From the NCBI GenBank assembly GCA_965208125.1, contig OZ242320.1, forward strand, positions 3,488,001-3,552,000: DNA of 64,000 nucleotides, read 5' to 3'. Positions 51,020 to 61,181 of this stretch are shown piece by piece (the stretch's first letter is position 1; every line of letters begins with the position of its first letter). The notes beneath the pieces were generated by a model, which had not been told where the DNA came from, made no database searches, and worked only from the letters and a program-made list of their open reading frames with translations. The DNA comes from Candidatus Latescibacterota bacterium (GTDB lineage: Bacteria > Latescibacterota > UBA2968). The position numbers and the translations under genes are program-made.

Positions 51020-51617
51020 GCGGAAACTTCTCAGTGATCAGCATGATTGGCTTTTTATTGGCGAATACCCTGTAGGTGCGGCTGAGTAGAGGTTCTCCTT
51101 CAAGGTGCGCGATGGCTTCCGGCAAATCCCGTGCGGTTTCACAGCAGCACCACAACAATTCACGGCGGGTTTCCAGTCCGCTGTTTTGCAGAATTCCTCC
51201 CAATCCCGCAGGATCTGATTCCAATTCGTCCAAAATGCCTTTTGGTAAGTGTTGCGGTACAATGAGAGATGTGGCATACGCCTGAATTTTTGGCGTTTCT
51301 TTGCCGATTGAGGGCGTTTGTAGTACTACTTGTCGCGCGATGACTGGTACTCCTGCTGGAAGTTCGAGCCAGATATGCTCGGAGCAGAGTGTCTGTTTCG
51401 CCTGATGGAGGATCGCGACTTCCACCGGTGCGAGTGTATAGGCTTCGATGAGCCTTGTGACGGTGCCGTCGGTGACGATCAATGCCCGCTGGAATGGCGT
51501 TAACTTCGCGATGTTGATTTCTCCAGACATCGCCGGCCTTTCGGCTTGTGCGATAAATATATTTTTTACATGCGTGTCAACAAAGGTTGCCGAACTGAAA
51601 ATTGAATCTGTCTTCAT
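51000..51617 (-). CDS. Chorismate pyruvate-lyase-like (DUF98/UbiC fold) protein
   Basis: TDGTVTRLIEAY, ETRREL, SRTYRV, ITEKFP. Confidence 0.78.
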   Translation of the reverse strand: MKTDSIFSSATFVDTHVKNIFIAQAERPAMSGEINIAKLTPFQRALIVTDGTVTRLIEAYTLAPVEVAILHQAKQTLCSEHIWLELPAGVPVIARQVVLQTPSIGKETPKIQAYATSLIVPQHLPKGILDELESDPAGLGGILQNSGLETRRELLWCCCETARDLPEAIAHLEGEPLLSRTYRVFANKKPIMLITEKFPLREEAH

Positions 51618-51747
51618 CGAGCTATTGTCCTTTCATATATACAGTTGTTACTTAACATCAGTGAGCTTTAGACACATAAGAAGAAAAAAAGTTCTTTGAA
51701 ACATTGCATGTGTGATTCTAATCAGTTATTTTGACGGAAAGGACAGC

Positions 51748-52512
51748 ATGCGTATTATCACATGGAATGTAAATGGATTGCGGGCGGCACTTCGCAAGGG
51801 GTTTATGGATCATATTAAGACGCTAAACCCCGATGTGATCCTTTTGCAAGAGATTCGGGTTTTGCCCGAGCAACTATCTGCGAGCGAGCGCAATCCCGAG
51901 GGATGGGATGTTATCTGGCATCCGGCTGAGCGCAAGGGCTATGCGGGTACTGCGGTATGGTCTCGCACGCCTTTAAGTGAAGAAGAGCGCGGTGTGGGGG
52001 AGGGCGATTCTGAAGGTCGGATTTTGCGGGTGAGTACTCGGGGTATTCAATTCGTCAGTGTGTACCTGCCTTCGGGGTCATCGGGCGATGAACGCCAGGC
52101 GATCAAGGAGCTATGGATGGATCGCTTTCGCCCCTGGGCCGATGGTCTGGTCAAAAAACGGATTCCCATAATTATGGGCGGTGATTTTAATATCGCGCAT
52201 ACCGAACGCGATATTTTTTATGCTAAAAGCAACGAGAAGAATTCGGGTTTTTTGCCGCATGAACGCGCGTGGATGGGCGATATTATCGCTTCTGGCTGGC
52301 GCGATTTTACACGGGAGCACTACGGCGATATTCAGGGTCCTTATTCCTGGTGGTCCAATCGGGGGAGAGCCAGAGAATTAGACCGCGGCTGGCGCATCGA
52401 CTATTTGTTGGGCAATGCAGCAGCCGCAAAGCGCGTTCAATCTGCCCATGTTGACCGCAAAGGCGGCTTGACCATATCTGATCACGCACCGGTTGTTGTA
52501 GATTTGAAATAG
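51748..52512 (+). CDS. xth: Exodeoxyribonuclease III
   Basis: TWNVNGLRA, LQE, GDFNIAH, GWRIDY, SDHAPV. Confidence 0.95.
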   Translation: MRIITWNVNGLRAALRKGFMDHIKTLNPDVILLQEIRVLPEQLSASERNPEGWDVIWHPAERKGYAGTAVWSRTPLSEEERGVGEGDSEGRILRVSTRGIQFVSVYLPSGSSGDERQAIKELWMDRFRPWADGLVKKRIPIIMGGDFNIAHTERDIFYAKSNEKNSGFLPHERAWMGDIIASGWRDFTREHYGDIQGPYSWWSNRGRARELDRGWRIDYLLGNAAAAKRVQSAHVDRKGGLTISDHAPVVVDLK

Positions 52513-52534
52513 CTAATACACACAGGAGATTTCT

Positions 52535-53965
52535 ATGCACACTCTTGAAACACATCCCTTTGCAGCGTTGTTCGGTGTTGATGAAAGCGTGGCTTCGCAG
52601 GCATTGTCCGAAGCGATGTCCCGAGGTGCCGAATTTGCCGATCTCTATTTTCAGTATGTGCGTACGACGTCTCTCAGTTTGGAAGATGGGATTGTTTCCA
52701 GTGCCAATACAGGCGTTGATCAGGGCGTGGGGATTCGCGCGGTGATTGGAGAGCAGGTTGGCTATGCTTTTTCCGAGAGTTTAGAAGTAGATGCTATTTA
52801 TAAGGCTGCTCGGACAGCGGCTGCGATAGCAGAAGGCACAAAGAATATGCCGCCGCAACACCTGCAGGGTAGAGAGGTTGGCAATTACTACGCGATTGGC
52901 CGCGACTGGGATGAGGTCAATATTACCGAACGCCTGCCACTGGTGCAAAGTTCAGAGACGATGACTCGCGCAATGGATCCCTCAATAGAAAAGGTGTCTG
53001 TGGGGTGGATGGACAGGGATGAGCGCGTGCTTATTGTGACCAGCGATGGTGTTTTCAGTACGGATCGTCGGCCTATGGCGACGCTGTATTGCTCGGTGAC
53101 TGCGAACAAGAATGGCGTGCGGCAGAGCAATGGGGCTTCGGTTTCCCGGCGCGAGGGCATTGGCTATTTTACCGAAGAGAATATCAGAGCGGTCTGTCAA
53201 AAGGCGGTTGATCGCACGATGATTCTCTTTGAGGCGCAGCGCCCACCTGCTGGCGAGATGCCGGTGGTGCTTGCAGCAGGTGCTTCGGGTATTTTGCTCC
53301 ACGAGGCGATTGGGCACGGTCTGGAAGCTGATTTCAACCGCAAGGGTACGTCCATTTATGCGACGATGATGAATGAGAAAGTCGCCCCGGATTTTGTGAC
53401 GATTGTCGATGATGGTTTGCAGGAAAATGATCGCGGGGCGCTCAATGTAGATGACGAGGGTCAGGCTACCGCGTGTACAACGCTTATTGAGAACGGCGTC
53501 TTAAGAAGCTATTTGCACGATCGCATTTCGGCAAAACACTATGGGGTTGCACCCACGGGGTCGGGGCGCCGAGAGAGCTTTCGGCATGTTCCTATGCCGC
53601 GTATGCGATCTACGTATATGCTCGACGGACCCCACGCCCGCGACGAGATTATTGGCGCTGTCGATTACGGCATTATTGCCGATACATTTACCAATGGACA
53701 GGTGCAAATTGGCGCGGGAGATTTTACTTTTTATATCAAGAATGGATGGCTTATCGAAGGCGGCAAAATTACCGCGCCGATCAAGGATGTCAATATTATT
53801 GGCAATGGTCCCGAGGCATTGAAAAATGTGGTTATGGCAGCAGGCGATGCCGTGTTGGACGATGGTAGCTGGACGTGTGGAAAAAACGGACAGGGCGTGC
53901 CCGTTTCGATGGGCGTTCCGACGATGCTGGTGGAAAAGAGTATGACTGTGGGTGGGGTGAACTAA
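52535..53965 (+). CDS. tldD: Metalloprotease TldD
   Basis: LHEAIGHGLEAD, PMPRM, CGKNGQGVPV. Confidence 0.93.
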   Translation: MHTLETHPFAALFGVDESVASQALSEAMSRGAEFADLYFQYVRTTSLSLEDGIVSSANTGVDQGVGIRAVIGEQVGYAFSESLEVDAIYKAARTAAAIAEGTKNMPPQHLQGREVGNYYAIGRDWDEVNITERLPLVQSSETMTRAMDPSIEKVSVGWMDRDERVLIVTSDGVFSTDRRPMATLYCSVTANKNGVRQSNGASVSRREGIGYFTEENIRAVCQKAVDRTMILFEAQRPPAGEMPVVLAAGASGILLHEAIGHGLEADFNRKGTSIYATMMNEKVAPDFVTIVDDGLQENDRGALNVDDEGQATACTTLIENGVLRSYLHDRISAKHYGVAPTGSGRRESFRHVPMPRMRSTYMLDGPHARDEIIGAVDYGIIADTFTNGQVQIGAGDFTFYIKNGWLIEGGKITAPIKDVNIIGNGPEALKNVVMAAGDAVLDDGSWTCGKNGQGVPVSMGVPTMLVEKSMTVGGVN

Positions 53966-55281
53966 TGGAACGAGAACTTCTCCAACAGGCAGAACAAGCG
54001 ATCGAGCAGGCGCGAAGAGCAGGTGCGAATGATGCGATAGCGCGGGTGCGTGATGAAAACAGCACGGAGTACACGTATCGCGATGGAAATATCGAGCAGG
54101 TTCAACAAAGTGCTACTCGTGGCTTGAGCATTCAATTGTATGTCAACGGGCGGTATTCGACACACCAGACCTCGGATTTGCGCGCGGCGTCTGTTGCCCG
54201 ATTTATCGAAGATGCGGTTGCGTTGACACGGCATCTGGCCGAAGATCCGCATCGCGTTATTCCCGATGCTGCGCTGTATGCAAATCGCCCGGATACGGAT
54301 CTCCAATCCGACGATGCTGTGGTGCGCGATCTGCCTCGCGAAGCGTGTATTGATTGGCTGAAAAAGATGGATGCTATCACCCATACAGATGACCGTGTGG
54401 TGAGTGCTACCGCTGATGCCTACTATGGTTGGAATACGTCGGCTCGGGTGAGTTCAAATGGATTTTCGGGGATACAGAGCGGGACTTCGATAGGCTATGG
54501 CGCGAGTGTGACGCTCAAAGAGGGCGGGCATGGGCGTCCCGAAGATCATCGCTATGTGCGGGCACATCATTTGTCGGATTTGCCCGATCCGGAGACGGTT
54601 GCGCGCGAGGGCCTCAATCGCGCGATTTCCCGATTGGGTAGTGAAAAAGCGCCGAGCGGGCGGGCGACTATGGTGGTTGATCCCGAAGCGGGCGGGCGTT
54701 TGGTTGGCGCGATATGGGGTGCGTTGCAGGCGCGCAGCGTTCAGCAGAACCGGTCTTTTCTCGCTGATAAAAAAGACGCGCAAGTTGCCAGTTCGCTCCT
54801 GACGGTGACAGATGATCCCCTGATGGTGCGCGGTCTCGCATCTCGGCATTACGATGGCGAGGGCATTGCGGCAAAGCGCAGGTGCGTTGTCGATCAGGGC
54901 GTTTTGCAAATGTATTACGTCGATACGTATTACGGACGCAAACTCGGCTGGGAGCCTTCAACGGGAATGTCGTCTAATCTCGTTTTTGCACCGGGCGATA
55001 AAGATCTCAATGGCCTGGTTTCAGGGATTAAAGACGGCTTTCACGTCACGTCGTGGCTCGGCGGCAATGCCGATACGACGACTGGAGATTTTTCTTATGG
55101 TTTTCGCGGCTTTCGCATTGCCAATGGGCAGAAAACAGGTGCGGTGTCGGAAATGAATATCGCTGGCAATTTTCTCGATCTGTTGCAAAATCTCGTCGCC
55201 GTGGGCAATGATCCCAATGTCTATTCCAGTATGCAAACGCCCACTTTGGTTTTTGATAATGTGGCGTTTAGCGGGAAGTAG
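53965..55281 (+). CDS. pmbA: TldE/PmbA
   Basis: DGEG, TGDFS, EMNIAGN, ends SGK; TAATG overlap with tldD. Confidence 0.9.
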   Translation: MERELLQQAEQAIEQARRAGANDAIARVRDENSTEYTYRDGNIEQVQQSATRGLSIQLYVNGRYSTHQTSDLRAASVARFIEDAVALTRHLAEDPHRVIPDAALYANRPDTDLQSDDAVVRDLPREACIDWLKKMDAITHTDDRVVSATADAYYGWNTSARVSSNGFSGIQSGTSIGYGASVTLKEGGHGRPEDHRYVRAHHLSDLPDPETVAREGLNRAISRLGSEKAPSGRATMVVDPEAGGRLVGAIWGALQARSVQQNRSFLADKKDAQVASSLLTVTDDPLMVRGLASRHYDGEGIAAKRRCVVDQGVLQMYYVDTYYGRKLGWEPSTGMSSNLVFAPGDKDLNGLVSGIKDGFHVTSWLGGNADTTTGDFSYGFRGFRIANGQKTGAVSEMNIAGNFLDLLQNLVAVGNDPNVYSSMQTPTLVFDNVAFSGK

Positions 55282-55307
55282 AATGAGTGGCACGCCGAGG
55301 AAAAATA

Positions 55308-56591
55308 ATGTCTGCCGCGTCAAAAACGCCGCGCCATATTGCGCTGGATATTCTCTGCCGCGTTGAACGGGGCGCATATCTCGACCGCTTGCTCGACGCG
55401 CAGCGCGAGCATATCCGCGGTCTCGATGGCGATTTGCTTCAACGTCTCGTGCGGGGTACGCTGACCTTTCGGGCGCGTATCGACCATATTTTGACGCCCT
55501 ATCTCAAAAAACCCCTGTCCAGACAGCACGCGAAACTCCGCAATCTCCTGCGCCTCGGTGCTTATCAACTCCAGTATCTCGACCGCGTGCCACCTTATGC
55601 AGTTGTTTCTGAATCCGTTATTCTCGCCCGTCACATTCTCGGGGATCCGGTTGCCAGGCTGGTCAATGCCGTGTTGCGCGGTGTAGCCGAAGACCGCGAG
55701 CCAGTTGTTTTTCCCGATTTTGATCGCGATCCCGTCGAATATCTCGCCATTGCGACATCACATCCTCAATGGCTCGTCGCGCGATGGATCAAACGCTACG
55801 GCATAGATGAAACACGCGTCTTGTGTGAGTTTGACAATGCCCAACCCGCCCTCACGATTCGCCCCAATGCGTTGCGAACGACGCCCGATGCCCTGCGCGA
55901 GCAACTCGCTATTGAGGGGATTGAGGCCGAATTTTCAGCGTCCGATCTTCTCACAGTATCCCATGTGGGTCGCCTTTTTCAGAGCAGGGCTTATTGCGAT
56001 GGTCTCTTTAGCGTTCAAGGCGCGGGGGCTGCGATGGTTGTTCCTCTGCTCGATCCCCAACCCGGCGAGGCTGTTCTCGATTTGTGTAGTGCGCCCGGTG
56101 GTAAAGCCACTGCTATGGCGGAGCGCATGAAAAATCGGGGTTTTATTCTCGCTACAGATCTCTACCCGCGCCGTCTCGAAATATTAAAACAAAACACGCA
56201 TCGACTCGGGGTTACATGTGTTTGCCCACTCGCTGCCGATGCGCGTTATTTGGCTGTGAATCGCTTATTTGATCGGGTTCTGGTCGATGCGCCCTGTTCC
56301 TCGCTGGGTATTCTGAATCACCATCCCGATCTGCGATGGCGGGAATGTGATATTCACGGTCTTGCGCGCTTGCAACGTGCTCTTCTCGATAACGCAGCCG
56401 ATTACGTGTGCCGAGGGGGCGTTCTGGTTTATAGTACTTGTACGCTTGAACCGGAGGAAAATGAGCGCGTTGTCGAAGGCTTTTTAAGCGATCATCCGGG
56501 CTTTCAAGTCACCCATCCCTATCTGCAATTACCACCCCATAAAACTGGTAATGATGGTGTTTTTGCCGCGCGGTTGCATAAAACTTCTTAA
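55308..56591 (+). CDS. rsmB: 16S rRNA m5C967 methyltransferase
   Basis: NusB-like N-domain, DLCSAPGGK, VDAPCS, YSTCT..EENE. Confidence 0.92.
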   Translation: MSAASKTPRHIALDILCRVERGAYLDRLLDAQREHIRGLDGDLLQRLVRGTLTFRARIDHILTPYLKKPLSRQHAKLRNLLRLGAYQLQYLDRVPPYAVVSESVILARHILGDPVARLVNAVLRGVAEDREPVVFPDFDRDPVEYLAIATSHPQWLVARWIKRYGIDETRVLCEFDNAQPALTIRPNALRTTPDALREQLAIEGIEAEFSASDLLTVSHVGRLFQSRAYCDGLFSVQGAGAAMVVPLLDPQPGEAVLDLCSAPGGKATAMAERMKNRGFILATDLYPRRLEILKQNTHRLGVTCVCPLAADARYLAVNRLFDRVLVDAPCSSLGILNHHPDLRWRECDIHGLARLQRALLDNAADYVCRGGVLVYSTCTLEPEENERVVEGFLSDHPGFQVTHPYLQLPPHKTGNDGVFAARLHKTS

Positions 56592-58072
56592 GCCAACTCG
56601 TAGTGGCCGGGGTCAGGTAGTGGCACTGGCCGGGCATCTTCGGTGTTGATGCTCCAGTCGGCCAGTCGCAGGCGCATGGCGGCGAGGGCGTCGCGATGTC
56701 GATCTTCGTCGATCACATTGACCAACTCGCCTGGGTCGGCGACGAGGTCGTAGAGTTCGTCGCGGTCTCCCATGGGGTCGTGGACGTACTTCCACTGGCG
56801 GGTGCGGACCATCTTGCACCGACCGGCTGCCTCGCGCCACTGCAAGGTGTCAATCAGGGTTTTGCGGCCCCAGGGTTGGGGTAGCTTTTCCAGGTCGGCC
56901 ATGGTAAATAGCGGTCCTCCGCTTCCGTATTCGGAAAAAGTCGCGTCCCGGGGTGCGGCTGCGGTTACAGTGGGCAGTGGTATTCCGTGCATGGAATGCG
57001 GCTGCGCCAGCCCTTGTAATTCCAACAACGTCGGCACCACGTCGATCAGATTGGCCATGCTCTGATCGCGCACCCCGGCGGTGACCTGCCCGGGCCAGGA
57101 GACGATTAGCGGTACCCGCGTCAGGCTGTCGTAGAAGACTCCGCCCTTGCACTGCATGGCGTGTTCGCCCATAAAGTCGCCGTGGTCCGAACAAAAGACC
57201 ACAATCGTCTGCTCTCGCAGCCCCAGTGCGTCGAGTTTGTCGAGTATTTGGCCGAGCGCGTCGTCGATAAAGCGCACCATGCCAAAATACGAGGCCATAA
57301 CGCCGTAGAGATCTTCTATCGGATCGCGGCGCACCCCCAGCATCTGGTAGAGTACGCGGTTGCGCTCGGGGGCGCGTTCGTCGTCGAATTCGTCGTCGCG
57401 CCAGGGGGGAAGGTCAATGTTCTCGGGCGGAAACAAGGCCGCGTACTTGGCCGGGCACAGCCACGGTTCGTGTGGATCGGGAAAGGAGACCCACAGGGCA
57501 AAGGGGTGGTCCCGGTGCTTTTCGATAAAGCGCGTCGTCTGTCCGGCGATCAGGCCGGTGGAGTGATCTTCCAACGGCAACTCGGAGGTGCCGTAGCTGA
57601 AGCGAGGGTTCTGATGGGCGAGCTGGCGATTTTCGGCGGCGACCTTGCGGCGACCTTCTGCCGACCGGAACCAGTCCATGCCCCGCGTCTCATCGCCGCT
57701 ACCGCCGTGGGTAGAGGGGTTCCACACATCGAAGAGTGCTAAGTCTTCTTCCCTCTGGAAGCAGTGATTTTTGCCGATCAAGCCCGTGGCGTAGCCAGCC
57801 GCTTTCCAGATCTGCCAGGCGTGTTCGGCACCGGCTGGCATCAGGGTCTGGTTGCGTCGGCCCCCGTGCGAGTGGGGAAACTGCGAGGTCCAAAATGAGA
57901 TGCGTGCTGGCACGCAGAGTGGGTGTGGGGTAATGGCGTTTTCAAAGAGCACGCCGTCGGCAGCCAGGCGCTCCATCGACGGGGTTTGGCAAAAGGTGTT
58001 GCCGTAGAGATGGCTGGCTGTGGCGCGCTGCTGGTCGGTCATGATTACCAGGATGTTGGGGCGGTCAGTCAT
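56588..58072 (-). CDS. Sulfatase (S1)
   Basis: RPNILVIMTDQ, CVPARIS, SDHGD, ELYDLVADPGE. Confidence 0.93.
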   Translation of the reverse strand: MTDRPNILVIMTDQQRATASHLYGNTFCQTPSMERLAADGVLFENAITPHPLCVPARISFWTSQFPHSHGGRRNQTLMPAGAEHAWQIWKAAGYATGLIGKNHCFQREEDLALFDVWNPSTHGGSGDETRGMDWFRSAEGRRKVAAENRQLAHQNPRFSYGTSELPLEDHSTGLIAGQTTRFIEKHRDHPFALWVSFPDPHEPWLCPAKYAALFPPENIDLPPWRDDEFDDERAPERNRVLYQMLGVRRDPIEDLYGVMASYFGMVRFIDDALGQILDKLDALGLREQTIVVFCSDHGDFMGEHAMQCKGGVFYDSLTRVPLIVSWPGQVTAGVRDQSMANLIDVVPTLLELQGLAQPHSMHGIPLPTVTAAAPRDATFSEYGSGGPLFTMADLEKLPQPWGRKTLIDTLQWREAAGRCKMVRTRQWKYVHDPMGDRDELYDLVADPGELVNVIDEDRHRDALAAMRLRLADWSINTEDARPVPLPDPGHYELA

Positions 58073-58100
58073 GGTGTGCTACCTCATTTTTTTATGCGGC

Positions 58101-59354
58101 TTACGACATGGCTTTGCTCAATATCTGCGATGTGCTCGAGCGCATGATTCGGGGATCGACTTGTTCACCATTGCTGAGTGTGTCGCGCACTTGAGAGCCT
58201 GAAATAAAGACCGGTTGTTCATCGGGGTGATTTTCCATCAAATCTACGCGTCCAAGTGATTCGTAATAGGCGGCAAACCCAACGTTCACGGGCTGAATTT
58301 GGAGGTCGCCATTCAGCTGCTCAAAAATTTCCTGTGCATCGAAGTCCCCCCAGATGGCACTGCCGTCGTGATAGGGGGCATCGGCGTGTTTGCGGCCGAT
58401 AATAATGTCGGTGAATCCAAAGTTCTGGCGATAAATGGCGTGCATGACGGCTTCTTTGGGTCCGGCGTAGAACATTTTGATATCCAGTCCGAGCAAAATC
58501 ACCCTGTCCGGTACAGATTCACCGCGCTTTTGCCACAGGTCCGCATCGCTATCCCCTTCGCCCAGTCCCCGAGATGCGATGAGTGCTTCGTAAGTTTGCA
58601 TGCGAATTTCTGCGCGTACGTCGTCCGATTTGGTTTCGCCTACGAGGGGATTTAAGCACGCACCTGCGTTGTGTCCCTGGCGCAGGAGGGTTTCCAAACC
58701 ATATACCAGCGCGTATTCGTGTGCGCGATGCAGGGCATTGCGCGTTTGAAATGCCACAACGCGGTTCCAACCTTTTTGAGCTAACAAGGGCCTGACTTCT
58801 CGCGGGCTGAGTACGTATTGTCCAAAATGTGGATTTTTGGGTTGGGGTAGTACCTGAATTTCACCGCCCAGGAGATGGGTTTTGTCGGCATCGCCATTCA
58901 GGACCATATCGGCGCCAGGATGGTCTGTGCGGTCCGTTAAATATACGCGCTGGAGGTATTTGGTTTTGTCCCATTCAAAGATGTCGCTGATGTCCAGCAT
59001 CGCCACAATTTCGCCAGATGTGTTTTCCAACGCGACTTTCTGTCCAATTGAAAGTGTTTGGGCGAGGTCGGGACTCACGGGTAGTGATATTGGGATGGTC
59101 CAGGCATAGCGCTTGCCGCCTACTTCGATGATGGCTTCGTCGAGTATCCGATGATATGTTTGTGCATCCATTGGTCCTGTTAGTGGACTCAATCCGCCGT
59201 CGCCAAAACGATAGACCGAGGATAGATCTGCATCGCTGACCGGGACGCGCGTCAGTCCGTTTGCTCTGGACAAAAATGTTTCAACATCTACTACCATGCG
59301 ATTGACCGGTTCGGATAGACCACCGTGGGGTGCAATCAAGGGTGTATCGGACAT
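58101..59354 (-). CDS. sat: Sulfate adenylyltransferase (ATP sulfurylase)
   Basis: [31 protein letters not shown]; GGAGG RBS. Confidence 0.93.
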   Translation of the reverse strand: MSDTPLIAPHGGLSEPVNRMVVDVETFLSRANGLTRVPVSDADLSSVYRFGDGGLSPLTGPMDAQTYHRILDEAIIEVGGKRYAWTIPISLPVSPDLAQTLSIGQKVALENTSGEIVAMLDISDIFEWDKTKYLQRVYLTDRTDHPGADMVLNGDADKTHLLGGEIQVLPQPKNPHFGQYVLSPREVRPLLAQKGWNRVVAFQTRNALHRAHEYALVYGLETLLRQGHNAGACLNPLVGETKSDDVRAEIRMQTYEALIASRGLGEGDSDADLWQKRGESVPDRVILLGLDIKMFYAGPKEAVMHAIYRQNFGFTDIIIGRKHADAPYHDGSAIWGDFDAQEIFEQLNGDLQIQPVNVGFAAYYESLGRVDLMENHPDEQPVFISGSQVRDTLSNGEQVDPRIMRSSTSQILSKAMS

Positions 59355-59463
59355 TTGGATAAACCTCCAGTGTTGTTTTTGATATTCTTGATTCACTAAG
59401 TAATGAATATATCTTTGGCCTGTTTTCTGTCAAGAAATAAAGCGGTTTCGGACCTCTACTTTT

Positions 59464-60525
59464 TCAACGCAGTTCATCCCATTTGAATTCCAGGCGGATG
59501 AGATCTGGGGGCGATTCGCGGTGGTGGAGGGATTTATAGGTTATGATGTTGAAATATACTTTTTTGGCGCGCGTTGTGAAATAAGGCATCGCATAGTACC
59601 CGTCGGGTACAACTGCGCCTTCGTAATTGTCCAATATGGCATAGGAGAGGATTTCGAGTGATTCGGAATCGAACTTGAATAGGCACAATTTCATGCCGCG
59701 TATCGATTCCATGTAATTTCTACCGATGAAGTAGTAGCTGCCATCTCGCTTGAAAAGTCGCGGTCTGCCTATCTGGGCGCGTATGAATTTATAGGTCTGT
59801 GTCAGGTTCACTTCTCTGATTAAGCGGAACGATCTATCGGTAAAATGCATTCGCTGTATGCCGTCCAGTCCCCGCGTGTTGAAGATGTATCCGTCTTCAT
59901 ATCTCAGGAAGGATGTTTCGTTGATGGGGGCGTTGCCAAAGGCTTTTGTGAGGTTTGCTACAAACTGCCAACTTTTTCCGTTGTCATCGGATCGAATCAC
60001 ATCCACATTGGGACTGTTATTTCGATAATGCCGGTAGGGCGTCAGGAGCATCCAGGTCGTTCTGCCTTCTGTTAGAGATTCAAACGCATAGACATATTCC
60101 GTGCCGTTGATGGAGCCGAGTTTTTCGCCGCCTTCAAAATGCACGCCATTGTCCGAAGACCGATACGCAAGTAGCCCGAATTTGTCTTTGGAATTTGGGA
60201 AATGCGGATCTACGTACAGGCCAATATCCCCATTGGCGAATCGGACAAATTCTCCGTTCTGGATCGTGAATCCATCCAGGTGCGCGACAATTTTCCGATC
60301 CGAAATTGTCCCCGTGGTGGGATTGTAGCGAAACATCTCCCAGTCCGCCGCTGGTTCTGTGTTGTGCCGGGTGCCGCGTTTGTAGGCGATCAGGACATTA
60401 TTTTCGTCCAGAAACAATAGGTGAGGTGCCTTCACATAGGGCAGTGTCTCTTGTTCTGCGGCTCGTATCAGGATTTCCAGAGTTTTGTAATGAGGCAGGG
60501 TGGGAGTATGAGATTGAGGGTTCAT
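59464..60525 (-). CDS. Sialidase-like / BNR (Asp-box) beta-propeller protein
   Basis: RSSDNGVHF and RSDDNGKSW Asp-boxes; INETS; DGYY. Confidence 0.65.
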   Translation of the reverse strand: MNPQSHTPTLPHYKTLEILIRAAEQETLPYVKAPHLLFLDENNVLIAYKRGTRHNTEPAADWEMFRYNPTTGTISDRKIVAHLDGFTIQNGEFVRFANGDIGLYVDPHFPNSKDKFGLLAYRSSDNGVHFEGGEKLGSINGTEYVYAFESLTEGRTTWMLLTPYRHYRNNSPNVDVIRSDDNGKSWQFVANLTKAFGNAPINETSFLRYEDGYIFNTRGLDGIQRMHFTDRSFRLIREVNLTQTYKFIRAQIGRPRLFKRDGSYYFIGRNYMESIRGMKLCLFKFDSESLEILSYAILDNYEGAVVPDGYYAMPYFTTRAKKVYFNIITYKSLHHRESPPDLIRLEFKWDELR

Positions 60526-60538
60526 AATAAATATAAGA

Positions 60539-60575
60539 AAACAGGCACTTGCGAGAATATGCGTAAGTGCCTGTT
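60539..60575 (-). terminator. Hairpin terminator after tRNA-Lys
   Basis: AACAGGCACTTGCG...CGTAAGTGCCTGTT inverted repeat. Confidence 0.7.
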
Positions 60576-60581
60576 GGATTA

Positions 60582-60657
<76 letters not shown>

Positions 60658-60676
60658 GTTTTTTTGTGTGATTGGA

Positions 60677-60705
60677 AATGTAAAGAAGCCTTTGTTTGAT
60701 GTCAA
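60677..60705 (-). promoter_or_regulatory. Sigma70 promoter of tRNA-Lys
   Basis: TTGACA-17 nt-TACATT; the -35 box overlaps the moaC stop codon. Confidence 0.65.
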
Positions 60706-61175
60706 GTCTTGCGAATATAAGTTCCGCTGCGTCCACCGCTTTTTTGTAAGAGACAGATTTCTCCGATGACCATGTTGCGATCTACTGCTTTGCACATGTC
60801 GTAAATGGTCAATAGGGCGACGCTTACGGCGGTGAGCGCTTCCATTTCGACACCTGTGCGGTCGGGTACGCGCACAGTTGCATGTGCTGTAATGCTCGTG
60901 TTTTCGACTTCAAAATTGAGTTCAACGCCCGTAATGCCCAGCGGATGACACATTGGGATGAGTTCAGAGGTGCGTTTGGCGGCCATGATGCCCGCAATGC
61001 GCGCGGTTTCCAGCACATTGCCTTTGGGGATATTGCCTCCGGTAATGAGATGTAGAGTTTCGGGTTGCATTTCAATTTTGCCCGATGCGATTGCCTCGCG
61101 GTCTGTCACCTTTTTATCTGTGACATCTACCATCTTTACGGATCCCAGTTCGTCAATATGTGTCAATTTTGCCAT
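60702..61175 (-). CDS. moaC: Cyclic pyranopterin monophosphate synthase
   Basis: MVDV, LIPMCHP, TGVEMEAL, YDMCKAVD, KSGG. Confidence 0.96.
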   Translation of the reverse strand: MAKLTHIDELGSVKMVDVTDKKVTDREAIASGKIEMQPETLHLITGGNIPKGNVLETARIAGIMAAKRTSELIPMCHPLGITGVELNFEVENTSITAHATVRVPDRTGVEMEALTAVSVALLTIYDMCKAVDRNMVIGEICLLQKSGGRSGTYIRKT

Positions 61176-61181
61176 GATCTT

